This document shows, in pieces, positions 25,969-33,449 of a stretch of 35,048 bases of DNA. Position 1 is the stretch's first letter. Each line of letters begins with the position of its first letter. The DNA is from an uncultured Methanosarcinales archaeon (GTDB lineage: Archaea; Nanobdellota; Nanobdellia; Woesearchaeales; GW2011-AR9): the NCBI GenBank assembly GCA_964344235.1, contig CAYFMJ010000008.1, forward strand, positions 1 to 35,048, read 5' to 3'. Position numbers and translations under genes: made by a program. The notes under the pieces were generated by a model, which saw only the letters and a program-made list of their open reading frames with translations, was not told the origin of the DNA and made no database searches.

Positions 25969-26328
25969 TTATCCTAATTGTTCGAAGAATTTTTGTGCTG
26001 ATTGACCAAGTTCATGACCCAGGTCTGACAACCTTACAACTAGATAATTAACGTCCTCATGAGTAAGTGCGAGAGTAGAGCGAGGTTCAGATGGACAAAG
26101 AGGAATTTCAAGAACAGACTGAGAAAGGAGGTAATCTCCGTCCAGAGAGATGAGGTGCCGATAGTACTGCAAGTGGTCTGCGCCATTTCGTGCTTCCGAG
26201 CAAACCACAACATGGGTACGACTACGATCATATGAGCGAAAACTTGCAACATGACTTTTATCATCAACGTGAACTTCCCAATCTCGGTGTGGCAGATAGG
26301 GGTGAGGAAATGTTAGTACTTTTGACAT
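25969..26328 (-). CDS. Hypothetical protein
   Basis: 119-aa ORF with an ATG about 20 nt after a TATA-like box. No motif recognised. Confidence 0.65.
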   Translation of the reverse strand: MSKVLTFPHPYLPHRDWEVHVDDKSHVASFRSYDRSRTHVVVCSEARNGADHLQYYRHLISLDGDYLLSQSVLEIPLCPSEPRSTLALTHEDVNYLVVRLSDLGHELGQSAQKFFEQLG

Positions 26329-26409
26329 GGGGCCTCATAAGCACAATATAATATAAACATTTCTTTCAAAAAGAAAGATTTATTATGCAAAAGTTTTCTT
26401 GTCCCCATA

Positions 26410-27282
26410 ATGGATCTTGATAGAGAGGTTGCGAAGATTCGGAAATTTGCACAAACGCTGTATGTGAAGCCGAAAGAATATGCGAGGCATAATACTATTC
26501 TGTTTTTTCTGATAACGTTCTTGTTTGGGTTACACTTGCTACTATCGTTTGCAGTTATCTACGTCCCATGGTGGGCTGCGCTGTTGATGGGGTTATTTCA
26601 CGCATACATTCTCTATTATTATTTGGTAACGATAGTGCATGAAGGTTCACATGATTTAGTGTTTTTTGCAAGAGAAGAGAAGAATACGTTACGAATCCGA
26701 GCATTGATGCCTGCCCTTGCACTTGTTGCAGGGTTTCCTGCATTCCGTGTGTATCTGAGAGACCATATTTTACATCACCGCTATTTATCTGAAGAAAGAG
26801 ATCCACAGAACAGTGAGTATCTTAATTTTAGAAAAATCCCAACATATTATCTCACACGGAAAAGACCAGCATTTGATTGGAAACACTTCAGTTCAGAAAC
26901 AAATTGGGTTGCCTATGTTATTGCCGGACTATTATTCCTGGGTCATCTTTGGTTAGTGTGGTTATGGGGAGGAGCATTAGGAATTCTATTTGGCTTAGCA
27001 ATTCCAATGGTTGGAGCGGTATTGTTAAATGCCATTAGAATTTCATTCCGGCATTATAGGTTATATCCAAACCCAATGCCCCTACGATCGAGGGCATATA
27101 CGTTTTTAGGATCGAGAGTCATCGGACCAGGAGGATTACGCTATCATTTCTCTCATCATTTATTTCCTAAAATTCCATCATATAAATTAGGGAGGATGTA
27201 TCGCTGGATTAGAAAGAATTGTTCGCAAGAGTTAGTGGAGAAAGTGCAGTATACAAAATTTCATTGGAAAGACTTTTGGTAA
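26410..27282 (+). CDS. Fatty acid desaturase family membrane di-iron enzyme
   Basis: Three His boxes HEGSH, HILHH and HFSHH, with intervening TM helices. Confidence 0.9.
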   Translation: MDLDREVAKIRKFAQTLYVKPKEYARHNTILFFLITFLFGLHLLLSFAVIYVPWWAALLMGLFHAYILYYYLVTIVHEGSHDLVFFAREEKNTLRIRALMPALALVAGFPAFRVYLRDHILHHRYLSEERDPQNSEYLNFRKIPTYYLTRKRPAFDWKHFSSETNWVAYVIAGLLFLGHLWLVWLWGGALGILFGLAIPMVGAVLLNAIRISFRHYRLYPNPMPLRSRAYTFLGSRVIGPGGLRYHFSHHLFPKIPSYKLGRMYRWIRKNCSQELVEKVQYTKFHWKDFW

Positions 27283-27319
27283 TTACAGAAGGTTAAATGT
27301 ATTACAGAAGGTTAAATGT
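27282..27319. repeat. Perfect 19-bp tandem duplication ATTACAGAAGGTTAAATGT x2
   Basis: Copies at 27282-27300 and 27301-27319, between convergent stop codons. Confidence 0.95.
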
Positions 27320-27688
27320 TTTTAATTTGGGAATATCGTCATTACAGTATGGGCAGGTTCGTGGTCTCTTTCTAAACGGATCGTAGCGAAAAGAAAATTT
27401 ACACTTTAAACATGTGCAACGGACATACTGTGTTCCAGGAATTTTGCTAAACTGTGCCTGGTTTTCTTGCTTCCGGAGTTTCGCTGCTTTCTCTAAATAA
27501 TCATCTTCAGCATCCCACCCAGGAGGCCTTGCGGGTAGTTCTGGTTTCTTCTGTAACTGTTCCTGTCGCTTTTTCGTAGCACCGCTAAAACAGTTCGGAC
27601 ACACCATCATTTTGTATTGATAGTGTAGCTTAAATGAATCAGAATCCGCTTGTTGGTTACAACCCCGACAGTTCACTTTAATTCCCAT
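27302..27688 (-). CDS. Double zinc-ribbon protein
   Basis: CRGC, CPNC, CLKC and CPYC. Confidence 0.8.
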   Translation of the reverse strand: MGIKVNCRGCNQQADSDSFKLHYQYKMMVCPNCFSGATKKRQEQLQKKPELPARPPGWDAEDDYLEKAAKLRKQENQAQFSKIPGTQYVRCTCLKCKFSFRYDPFRKRPRTCPYCNDDIPKLKTFNLL

Positions 27689-27731
27689 GGGGAAAGAGTA
27701 GAAAGTAAATGTATTTATAGTTTTGGATAGT

Positions 27732-28991
27732 CTAGGAGAACTTTGGTTTGGCAATGGTTTTTACGCGTTCTCTTACATAGGGGCGTTTAATAATTGCAAC
27801 AATAGCGTTTGCTAATTGAGGATGTTCAACGGTAACACGAGCCATGATGTGTTTGCCTTTGGTAAATGTGTTTTTATTTTTCTTTTTGAACTGTTTGACA
27901 TGTTCTTTCAGTTCAAGAGGTGGACCCTGTCGGATTTCTTCACTAGGACGTTCGCTTGTTTTTGTGATGTAATAGAATATCGCTTTCTCACCTGGCTGCC
28001 AAGACCAATCTGCCTTCAGTACGGTGAACGGTGCTAATTCTTTTCTAATATGGTTAAATGATTTTACTAACTTGACACCAACAACGTCTTCCTTGCCTTT
28101 GAGTGATGTAACTGTAAGATAAACAAGGTGTTGATTTTTTTTCAGTTGTTTTGAGAGTGTTGTGAAAGACACATCTTCCTGTTCGAAGAATGAAACAGAT
28201 GGTTTTGCGAGATATGCTTTCGCTGTTTTTATGAGTGCTTTGTATTTCTGTTCTGAGAGAGCTGCAGCTGCATTTCTGTTCTTGTCAACTGGATCAATTA
28301 AAACTAGCGGGGAAACGGTTTTTGATTTGTTTAAATGGAATAACGCATCTCCCTTTGGATAGAATTTGCTGACATCGATGATTTGTTTCTTTTTCCATTT
28401 CTGTGTTGTTTGTAATAGTTTTTCAAATGATCCGTAAAATGCTACAAGTACTTCTACCATATATCCACTAAATCCAGCAATGTACGATTCTGCACCATAG
28501 AGTTTGTTGGCCTTGAAGAACTGTTTCGCTATCCTCACTTCATCTTTGAGTTTCTTTGTGTGAGCGTTAACCCATTTTGCATGTAAAGGAGAGACGTCAG
28601 TAATATTGCAGGCTTGGGCTGCTTTGGTGATTGAGAGAATAGGAATTACTTCAAATTCGATATTTTGGAATTGTAGTTGGAAATAGTCACGGCTGCCATG
28701 AAGTCGTTCTATTGTGAGTTTAGGGAATGATTTCTTGACAATCGGCGCAAGAATCTCCGAAAGAGAAGATGATTTATTTGCATATTGTTTGTAGTTAAAT
28801 AATACAAAAACATCAACATCATGATTGCCAGATAACCATGTATCTCTTGATCCACTCCCGCCAACGACTGCTTTTGCATCTTTTAAATTTTTATTGAGTT
28901 TTTCAAGGAAAGAAGTGGTCACTTGCTTGAAATGTTGGATCTCTTCTCCACTCGGTTTTATTGTTTTAAGGACTTCTTGATAAATGGTCAT
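27732..28991 (-). CDS. cca: Archaeal class I CCA-adding enzyme
   Basis: GGSGSRDTWLSGNHDVDVF, HGSRDY, YGAESYIAGFSGY, LIDPVDKNRNAAAALS. Confidence 0.95.
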   Translation of the reverse strand: MTIYQEVLKTIKPSGEEIQHFKQVTTSFLEKLNKNLKDAKAVVGGSGSRDTWLSGNHDVDVFVLFNYKQYANKSSSLSEILAPIVKKSFPKLTIERLHGSRDYFQLQFQNIEFEVIPILSITKAAQACNITDVSPLHAKWVNAHTKKLKDEVRIAKQFFKANKLYGAESYIAGFSGYMVEVLVAFYGSFEKLLQTTQKWKKKQIIDVSKFYPKGDALFHLNKSKTVSPLVLIDPVDKNRNAAAALSEQKYKALIKTAKAYLAKPSVSFFEQEDVSFTTLSKQLKKNQHLVYLTVTSLKGKEDVVGVKLVKSFNHIRKELAPFTVLKADWSWQPGEKAIFYYITKTSERPSEEIRQGPPLELKEHVKQFKKKNKNTFTKGKHIMARVTVEHPQLANAIVAIIKRPYVRERVKTIAKPKFS

Positions 28992-29077
28992 GGACTTAAC
29001 TTTATTTCTCACTATATAAATTTTGTTTACGCAAAGGGGTAACACAGGTTTTTATATGAGCTGTGTTTTCTGCGAGT

Positions 29078-29350
29078 ATGGTCCCCCTACGAATTCCAAT
29101 AGAATGTAGCAGATGTAAGAACACAGTGGATAAAGCACTTACACGAGCCATTGAGGGGAAAAAGAAAGAGTTTGAGTGTTTTGACTGTTTCAGGTCAGCA
29201 CGAGGGCAGGAAAGGCAGCAGAAGATTAAGCGGGATTTGTATTGCCAAAAGTGTAATTATAAGTTTAGTTCAAAGCGGTATATTTGCCCGTATTGTAATA
29301 TGATTGACTTTGTAATGGAAGGGAATGTCTCGGTGCAGGATTTACTATGA
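29078..29350 (+). CDS. Double zinc-ribbon protein
   Basis: CSRC, CFDC, CQKC and CPYC. TATA-like box at about 29050-29057. Confidence 0.8.
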   Translation: MVPLRIPIECSRCKNTVDKALTRAIEGKKKEFECFDCFRSARGQERQQKIKRDLYCQKCNYKFSSKRYICPYCNMIDFVMEGNVSVQDLL

Positions 29351-29700
29351 TACGAAAGTTATGGTCATTTTTTACGTCAAAGTTCTATTGGGGAGTCATG
29401 TTAATAGTACTGAGTTTTGTGTTGGGAAAAGTTGGCCAGTTACTGTTTTTACTGTATCTTGATGTGCCGTGGATCCGCTGGAGTGGTGTGGTGTTGTATG
29501 TGTTGACGTGGCCGATGTTGTTTCTTGGAATTTGGTGGGTTGGTCGAGAGTACGCGGAAGCTATCCAGAAGTATTTTACATACAAATTTTACCATCAAAA
29601 GATGGCGGCTGGTGCGAGGAAAGCAAAGGAAGTTGTGGGAAGGAGGATTAAAGCGCGTAAGGATAAGAAAAATGGCGCCACCGGCCAAGGGCGCAGATAA
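29347..29700 (+). CDS. Hypothetical 2-TM membrane protein with basic tail
   Basis: ATGA overlap with the upstream Zn-ribbon gene and two hydrophobic helices. Confidence 0.75.
   Translation: MIRKLWSFFTSKFYWGVMLIVLSFVLGKVGQLLFLLYLDVPWIRWSGVVLYVLTWPMLFLGIWWVGREYAEAIQKYFTYKFYHQKMAAGARKAKEVVGRRIKARKDKKNGATGQGRR
29673..29686 (-). other. Candidate attachment site resembling a tRNA 3' end (GGCCGGTGGCGCCA)
   Basis: Minus strand reads GGCCGGTGGCGCCA followed by TTTTTCTT. This is acceptor-strand CGGTGGC, discriminator G and CCA. No T-loop is present. Confidence 0.45.
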
Positions 29701-29783
29701 ATTGTAGGTTTACACCAATTCTTTATTATTTTTATATAAGTAGGACCCCCAGCTATTTAATCTCTTCCATTAATTTGTATTCT

Positions 29784-29820
29784 CCAGACTAAGCTTAGAA
29801 TGGTCTCAAAAGTATAAATA
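29784..29820 (+). promoter_or_regulatory. Palindromic operator candidate plus BRE/TATA of the element operon
   Basis: CCAgaCTAAGCTTAGaaTGG (16 of 20 positions symmetric), then CAAAAG-TATAAATA 22 nt before ATG29843. Confidence 0.55.
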
Positions 29821-29842
29821 CATTTTTAATCAAATAGTTTTC

Positions 29843-29971
29843 ATGGCAACATGCACCATATGTAGAAAACAACTTGACGATGTCTGTGAAGACTGTCGCT
29901 TATTTTTAGAAAGAAAGTACAAAGACAAGGCGGCGGAAGCTGAGGAGATGCACAGGAGGGCAAACAAATGA
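29843..29971 (+). CDS. Small zinc-finger protein (42 aa)
   Basis: MATCTICRKQLDDVCEDCRLFL..., SD-like GGAGG before the next gene, and ATGA overlap with the MTase. Confidence 0.7.
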   Translation: MATCTICRKQLDDVCEDCRLFLERKYKDKAAEAEEMHRRANK

Positions 29972-30879
29972 AAGTTCTCGACCTCTTCTCTGGTTGCGGT
30001 GGTTTCAGTTACGGTTTTATGAAAGCTGGTTTTGAGGTAATAGGTTTCGTTGAATGTTGGGAACCTGCGATTCAAACATATAAACAGAATCATCCCGACG
30101 CGATTCACATTGGTACAGATATCACTAAAATCTCAGACAATGTAATTGCGAGGTATAAAGAAAAGATAGATGTTATTATTGGCGGACCACCATGCCAAGG
30201 TTTCTCACTGTGTGGGAAACGTAACAAAAAAGATAACAGGAATCAATTGTATAAAGAGTATTTACGGTTTGTAAGAATCATCCAGCCGAAAGCAGTTGTC
30301 ATGGAAAATGTGCAGGGGCTTCTGAGTATGGATGATTGCAATAATAGGAAAGTTATTGATAGAATCATCCATGATTTGATATCATTAGGTTACTCAGTGT
30401 GTTACAAAGTTCTTAACGCTTCAGATTACGGGGTTCCACAAAGAAGGAAACGATTATTCATCATCGGTTTGAAAATACCTCTCTTTCTTCTTAGAAAAAC
30501 GAAAGAGAAGACAGTGAATGAATCTCTCACAAATCTTCCACATAATGCTCATTTGTTTTTCAATACATCTCAAGAAGTTAAAGCAAGAATAAAACAACTT
30601 AACCAAGGCGAGAGGTTGTCTAAAAATTATAACTTTTCACGGCAACGTCTAGTGGGAGACAAACCTTCAAAGACAGTTGCAACGAAACCACTGTTCATTC
30701 ACCCATATTATGATCGTTTTCTCACTCCAAGAGAATTAGCGAGATTACAATCATTTCCAGATAAATTTCTTTTTGCAGGTTCAAAGACAAATATGGTGAA
30801 ACAGATTGGCAATGCTGTTCCTCCTAAATTAGCACAAACAATTGCCATACAATTGAAAGAGGTGATGTTTCATGTATGA
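29968..30879 (+). CDS. dcm: DNA (cytosine-5)-methyltransferase
   Basis: LFSGCGG (I), GGPPCQGFS (IV), MENV (VI), QRRKR (VIII), RELARLQSFPD (IX), QIGNAVPP (X). Confidence 0.97.
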   Translation: MKVLDLFSGCGGFSYGFMKAGFEVIGFVECWEPAIQTYKQNHPDAIHIGTDITKISDNVIARYKEKIDVIIGGPPCQGFSLCGKRNKKDNRNQLYKEYLRFVRIIQPKAVVMENVQGLLSMDDCNNRKVIDRIIHDLISLGYSVCYKVLNASDYGVPQRRKRLFIIGLKIPLFLLRKTKEKTVNESLTNLPHNAHLFFNTSQEVKARIKQLNQGERLSKNYNFSRQRLVGDKPSKTVATKPLFIHPYYDRFLTPRELARLQSFPDKFLFAGSKTNMVKQIGNAVPPKLAQTIAIQLKEVMFHV

Positions 30880-31123
30880 AGACGTAATTATTGGAATAGT
30901 TATTGGAATCATTATTTCTGTATTTGTGACAGAATTGATTCTGCTTACAATTCTTGTTGTAAGATTGATTAAAAGAAGGAAGGTTCTTCCTGAGAAAACG
31001 GTGACTGGTGTGAAAACTCTTTCTGGTGATACCTCCCCCAGTCCAGTCACTGAAACTCAAGAGGAAGAGCCTTCCCTCCTTTCATTCGTGTTTGATAAAA
31101 ACTTTCGAGGTGGATGTAAATGA
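30872..31123 (+). CDS. Single-pass membrane protein
   Basis: N-terminal TM followed by RLIKRRK. SD GAGGTGA, and overlaps both neighbours. Confidence 0.7.
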   Translation: MYEDVIIGIVIGIIISVFVTELILLTILVVRLIKRRKVLPEKTVTGVKTLSGDTSPSPVTETQEEEPSLLSFVFDKNFRGGCK

Positions 31124-31443
31124 AAAAACTATTTGGGTTAGTTATGCTGTTTATTCTAATTCCGCTTGCAGTGGCGGAAATAGATTTCGAGCAGGAGTTA
31201 ACGGCAGAAGAGAAAGATCAAGTGGATGACATCCTAACACCAATATTGAAAATCTATAATGTCATCAAATACTCCGCAACCGTTATTGGAGTATTGGTGT
31301 TAGTATTTGCTGGCGTGACATTCTTGACATCAGGTGGAGATAAGTTCAAGAAAGATAAAGCCAAGAATATGGGTATGGGGGTCGTGATTGGACTGATTGT
31401 CATCTGGGTGGCGCCGTTGATTGTCCAGTTTATTTTCTCATGA
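31120..31443 (+). CDS. TrbC/VirB2-like pilin
   Basis: Signal peptide (LAVA|E), then two hydrophobic helices separated by the loop TSGGDKFKKDKAKN. Confidence 0.8.
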   Translation: MKKLFGLVMLFILIPLAVAEIDFEQELTAEEKDQVDDILTPILKIYNVIKYSATVIGVLVLVFAGVTFLTSGGDKFKKDKAKNMGMGVVIGLIVIWVAPLIVQFIFS

Positions 31444-33449
31444 AAGGGGCACTGTTTCTTTTTTTTCTTTTCTTGATTCCATTAGCTACTGCGTTTGATT
31501 GTAGTACGGTTAGCAATGTTGAATACTGTGAACAAATACAGAATTCAGATCTCGCTGATTTAGAAAAGAATGAAATTTACTCAGCATTACTCTACCCAGA
31601 ATCCTCAATTCCTAAACACGATGTCATCAAAGAGTATAATGACAATATTGAAATATTTCCTTCACCTGAAAGCAGCAACAGTAAGTATATCAAGAACGCG
31701 TGGTTGTTGTTTGCTTCTCTATCACCCTCAGTGTATGATAATAAACTTTTAGTTCCTCCAGCCGTGCAGGCTTTTAGTCATTTTGATTATAATGTGCATC
31801 TACCGCAGAATTACTACGCTAGCTCGTATCCACAGACCAGTAACGGCGATTGTCAAAGAACGTACTCATTACACAGCAATGACGCAACGCTTAGTTACAT
31901 CGTAAATGGTAATGTTGTGAATAGTGATTTACTGTATATTGAATCATCTGGAACGATCACAGCACAACTACAAATTGATGTTACAGTTAAGCAGGAGCAT
32001 TATCACTGGAAAAAATATAAACAATGGGGAAAATGGAAATATAAGTGCGTTTATTCTCATGATAGTTACGAGGGTGATTCTATTTTCTTAGAAGAGAGTA
32101 AGGATGTTGTGTTGTATGACACACAACCAGAAGTAAATGTTGAAATTTTTGATATGTATGACTCAACAACAAGAGGAAAGTTTTCTGCGAGTGATTTCAC
32201 AACACTCCACGTTGAATTTCCGAACTCTTCCATTACTCAACAGCAGCAAACGTATTCAGTTATCTTTGATGAATTTTATGTTGCAACTCTGAAAGCGAAC
32301 AATAATAACTTCACTACAATATACAATGTGGTAGTAAATGCTAATGAATTCTATGTGAAAGATGCTACTGGATGCACATACAAAGCATATAATCATTTCT
32401 ACACAGTAGAAGACAACTGTAATCTTATAGAGCAAACACAGGAACATTCTCCATTAGAGTTGGAAGAAAAAACAATCGATCTAAGCATTTTCATTTACCT
32501 TCTACTGATTTTCTTGCTCTTCTACTTAATATTCAAAATCATTAAATCACAGGGTAAAAAATTCCTGCCTTTATTCATTCTCTTACTTCTATTACCAATG
32601 GCCTTGGCAGAACCAGAAGAAGATGAGTGCGGTATTTCAAACTTAGGGAGTTGCTTACCAAACCTTATTTACAACATAATTCTTGGCATACTTAATGCGC
32701 CATTAATCCCCCTCTTATTATGGATTAGAGAACTCTTTACTGCTGATACGACCATACAATTATTTCATGGGCTCTGGTCAATCGTGAGATATATCCTTAG
32801 CTTCTTCTACATATTTTTCTTTTTGTACGCTGGATTCACGTTTCTGACGTCCTCAGGCAATCCAGTGAAACGAGTGCAAGCAAAGAATATCCTGAGGGAT
32901 GCGTTCATTATGATTATCTTAATTCAAAGCTCATTCTATTTCTATGAATTACTCATTGCACTAGGTAATAATATGACTTCTTCTATCTTGGGATTTATTG
33001 ATCCTACGTTCTTTTTACTCACAGTAGATTCCATACCAAATATTCTCCTCCAGATTGTCTTTACCATTCCCTATGTGTTTGTACTGTTAACCACAACACT
33101 CTTGCTGATTATTCGTTATATAATTGTTACCGTCGGAGTTGTCATTTTCCCCATTGGCATATTCTGCTACTTCGTCCCGCCACTACGGGATTACGGTCAA
33201 TTCATATTTCACCTACTGGGCACAATGATTTTTATTACGTTTCTTGACATGCTAATTATTCTCGCTTGCTCACAAATTCTAGAAATCACCTTCTTTGCCA
33301 ATATCAAAATTTTGGTGATGACTGCCTGTTTTGGCATTGTTGCCTATACTATTTGGCTCGGTATCAAGATGGGATTCAAGAAATTTTCTGGGAACCTTGG
33401 CGACAAAATTTGGCAGGCAGGGAGATATTTAGGAGGAAGATTACAATGA
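31440..33449 (+). CDS. Secreted-domain / VirB6(TrbL)-like polytopic membrane fusion protein
   Basis: Signal peptide, about 330-aa polar domain, TM, internal signal-like segment, then multi-TM region containing a pilin-like motif and LIIRYIIVTVGVVIFPIGIFCYFVP. Located between the pilin and VirB4. Confidence 0.7.
   Translation: MKGALFLFFLFLIPLATAFDCSTVSNVEYCEQIQNSDLADLEKNEIYSALLYPESSIPKHDVIKEYNDNIEIFPSPESSNSKYIKNAWLLFASLSPSVYDNKLLVPPAVQAFSHFDYNVHLPQNYYASSYPQTSNGDCQRTYSLHSNDATLSYIVNGNVVNSDLLYIESSGTITAQLQIDVTVKQEHYHWKKYKQWGKWKYKCVYSHDSYEGDSIFLEESKDVVLYDTQPEVNVEIFDMYDSTTRGKFSASDFTTLHVEFPNSSITQQQQTYSVIFDEFYVATLKANNNNFTTIYNVVVNANEFYVKDATGCTYKAYNHFYTVEDNCNLIEQTQEHSPLELEEKTIDLSIFIYLLLIFLLFYLIFKIIKSQGKKFLPLFILLLLLPMALAEPEEDECGISNLGSCLPNLIYNIILGILNAPLIPLLLWIRELFTADTTIQLFHGLWSIVRYILSFFYIFFFLYAGFTFLTSSGNPVKRVQAKNILRDAFIMIILIQSSFYFYELLIALGNNMTSSILGFIDPTFFLLTVDSIPNILLQIVFTIPYVFVLLTTTLLLIIRYIIVTVGVVIFPIGIFCYFVPPLRDYGQFIFHLLGTMIFITFLDMLIILACSQILEITFFANIKILVMTACFGIVAYTIWLGIKMGFKKFSGNLGDKIWQAGRYLGGRLQ

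Noticed and set aside
25765-26051. Longer ORFs 25765-25977 and 25845-26051 as the real genes
   Set aside because: Both run through the hairpin terminator and lack an SD. The 35-aa frame fits the promoter, SD and terminator better, though it remains unproven.
29640-29760. Complete tRNA gene at the element boundary
   Set aside because: There is no T-loop (TTCRA), D-arm or anticodon arm. Only the 3'-terminal 14 nt look tRNA-like.
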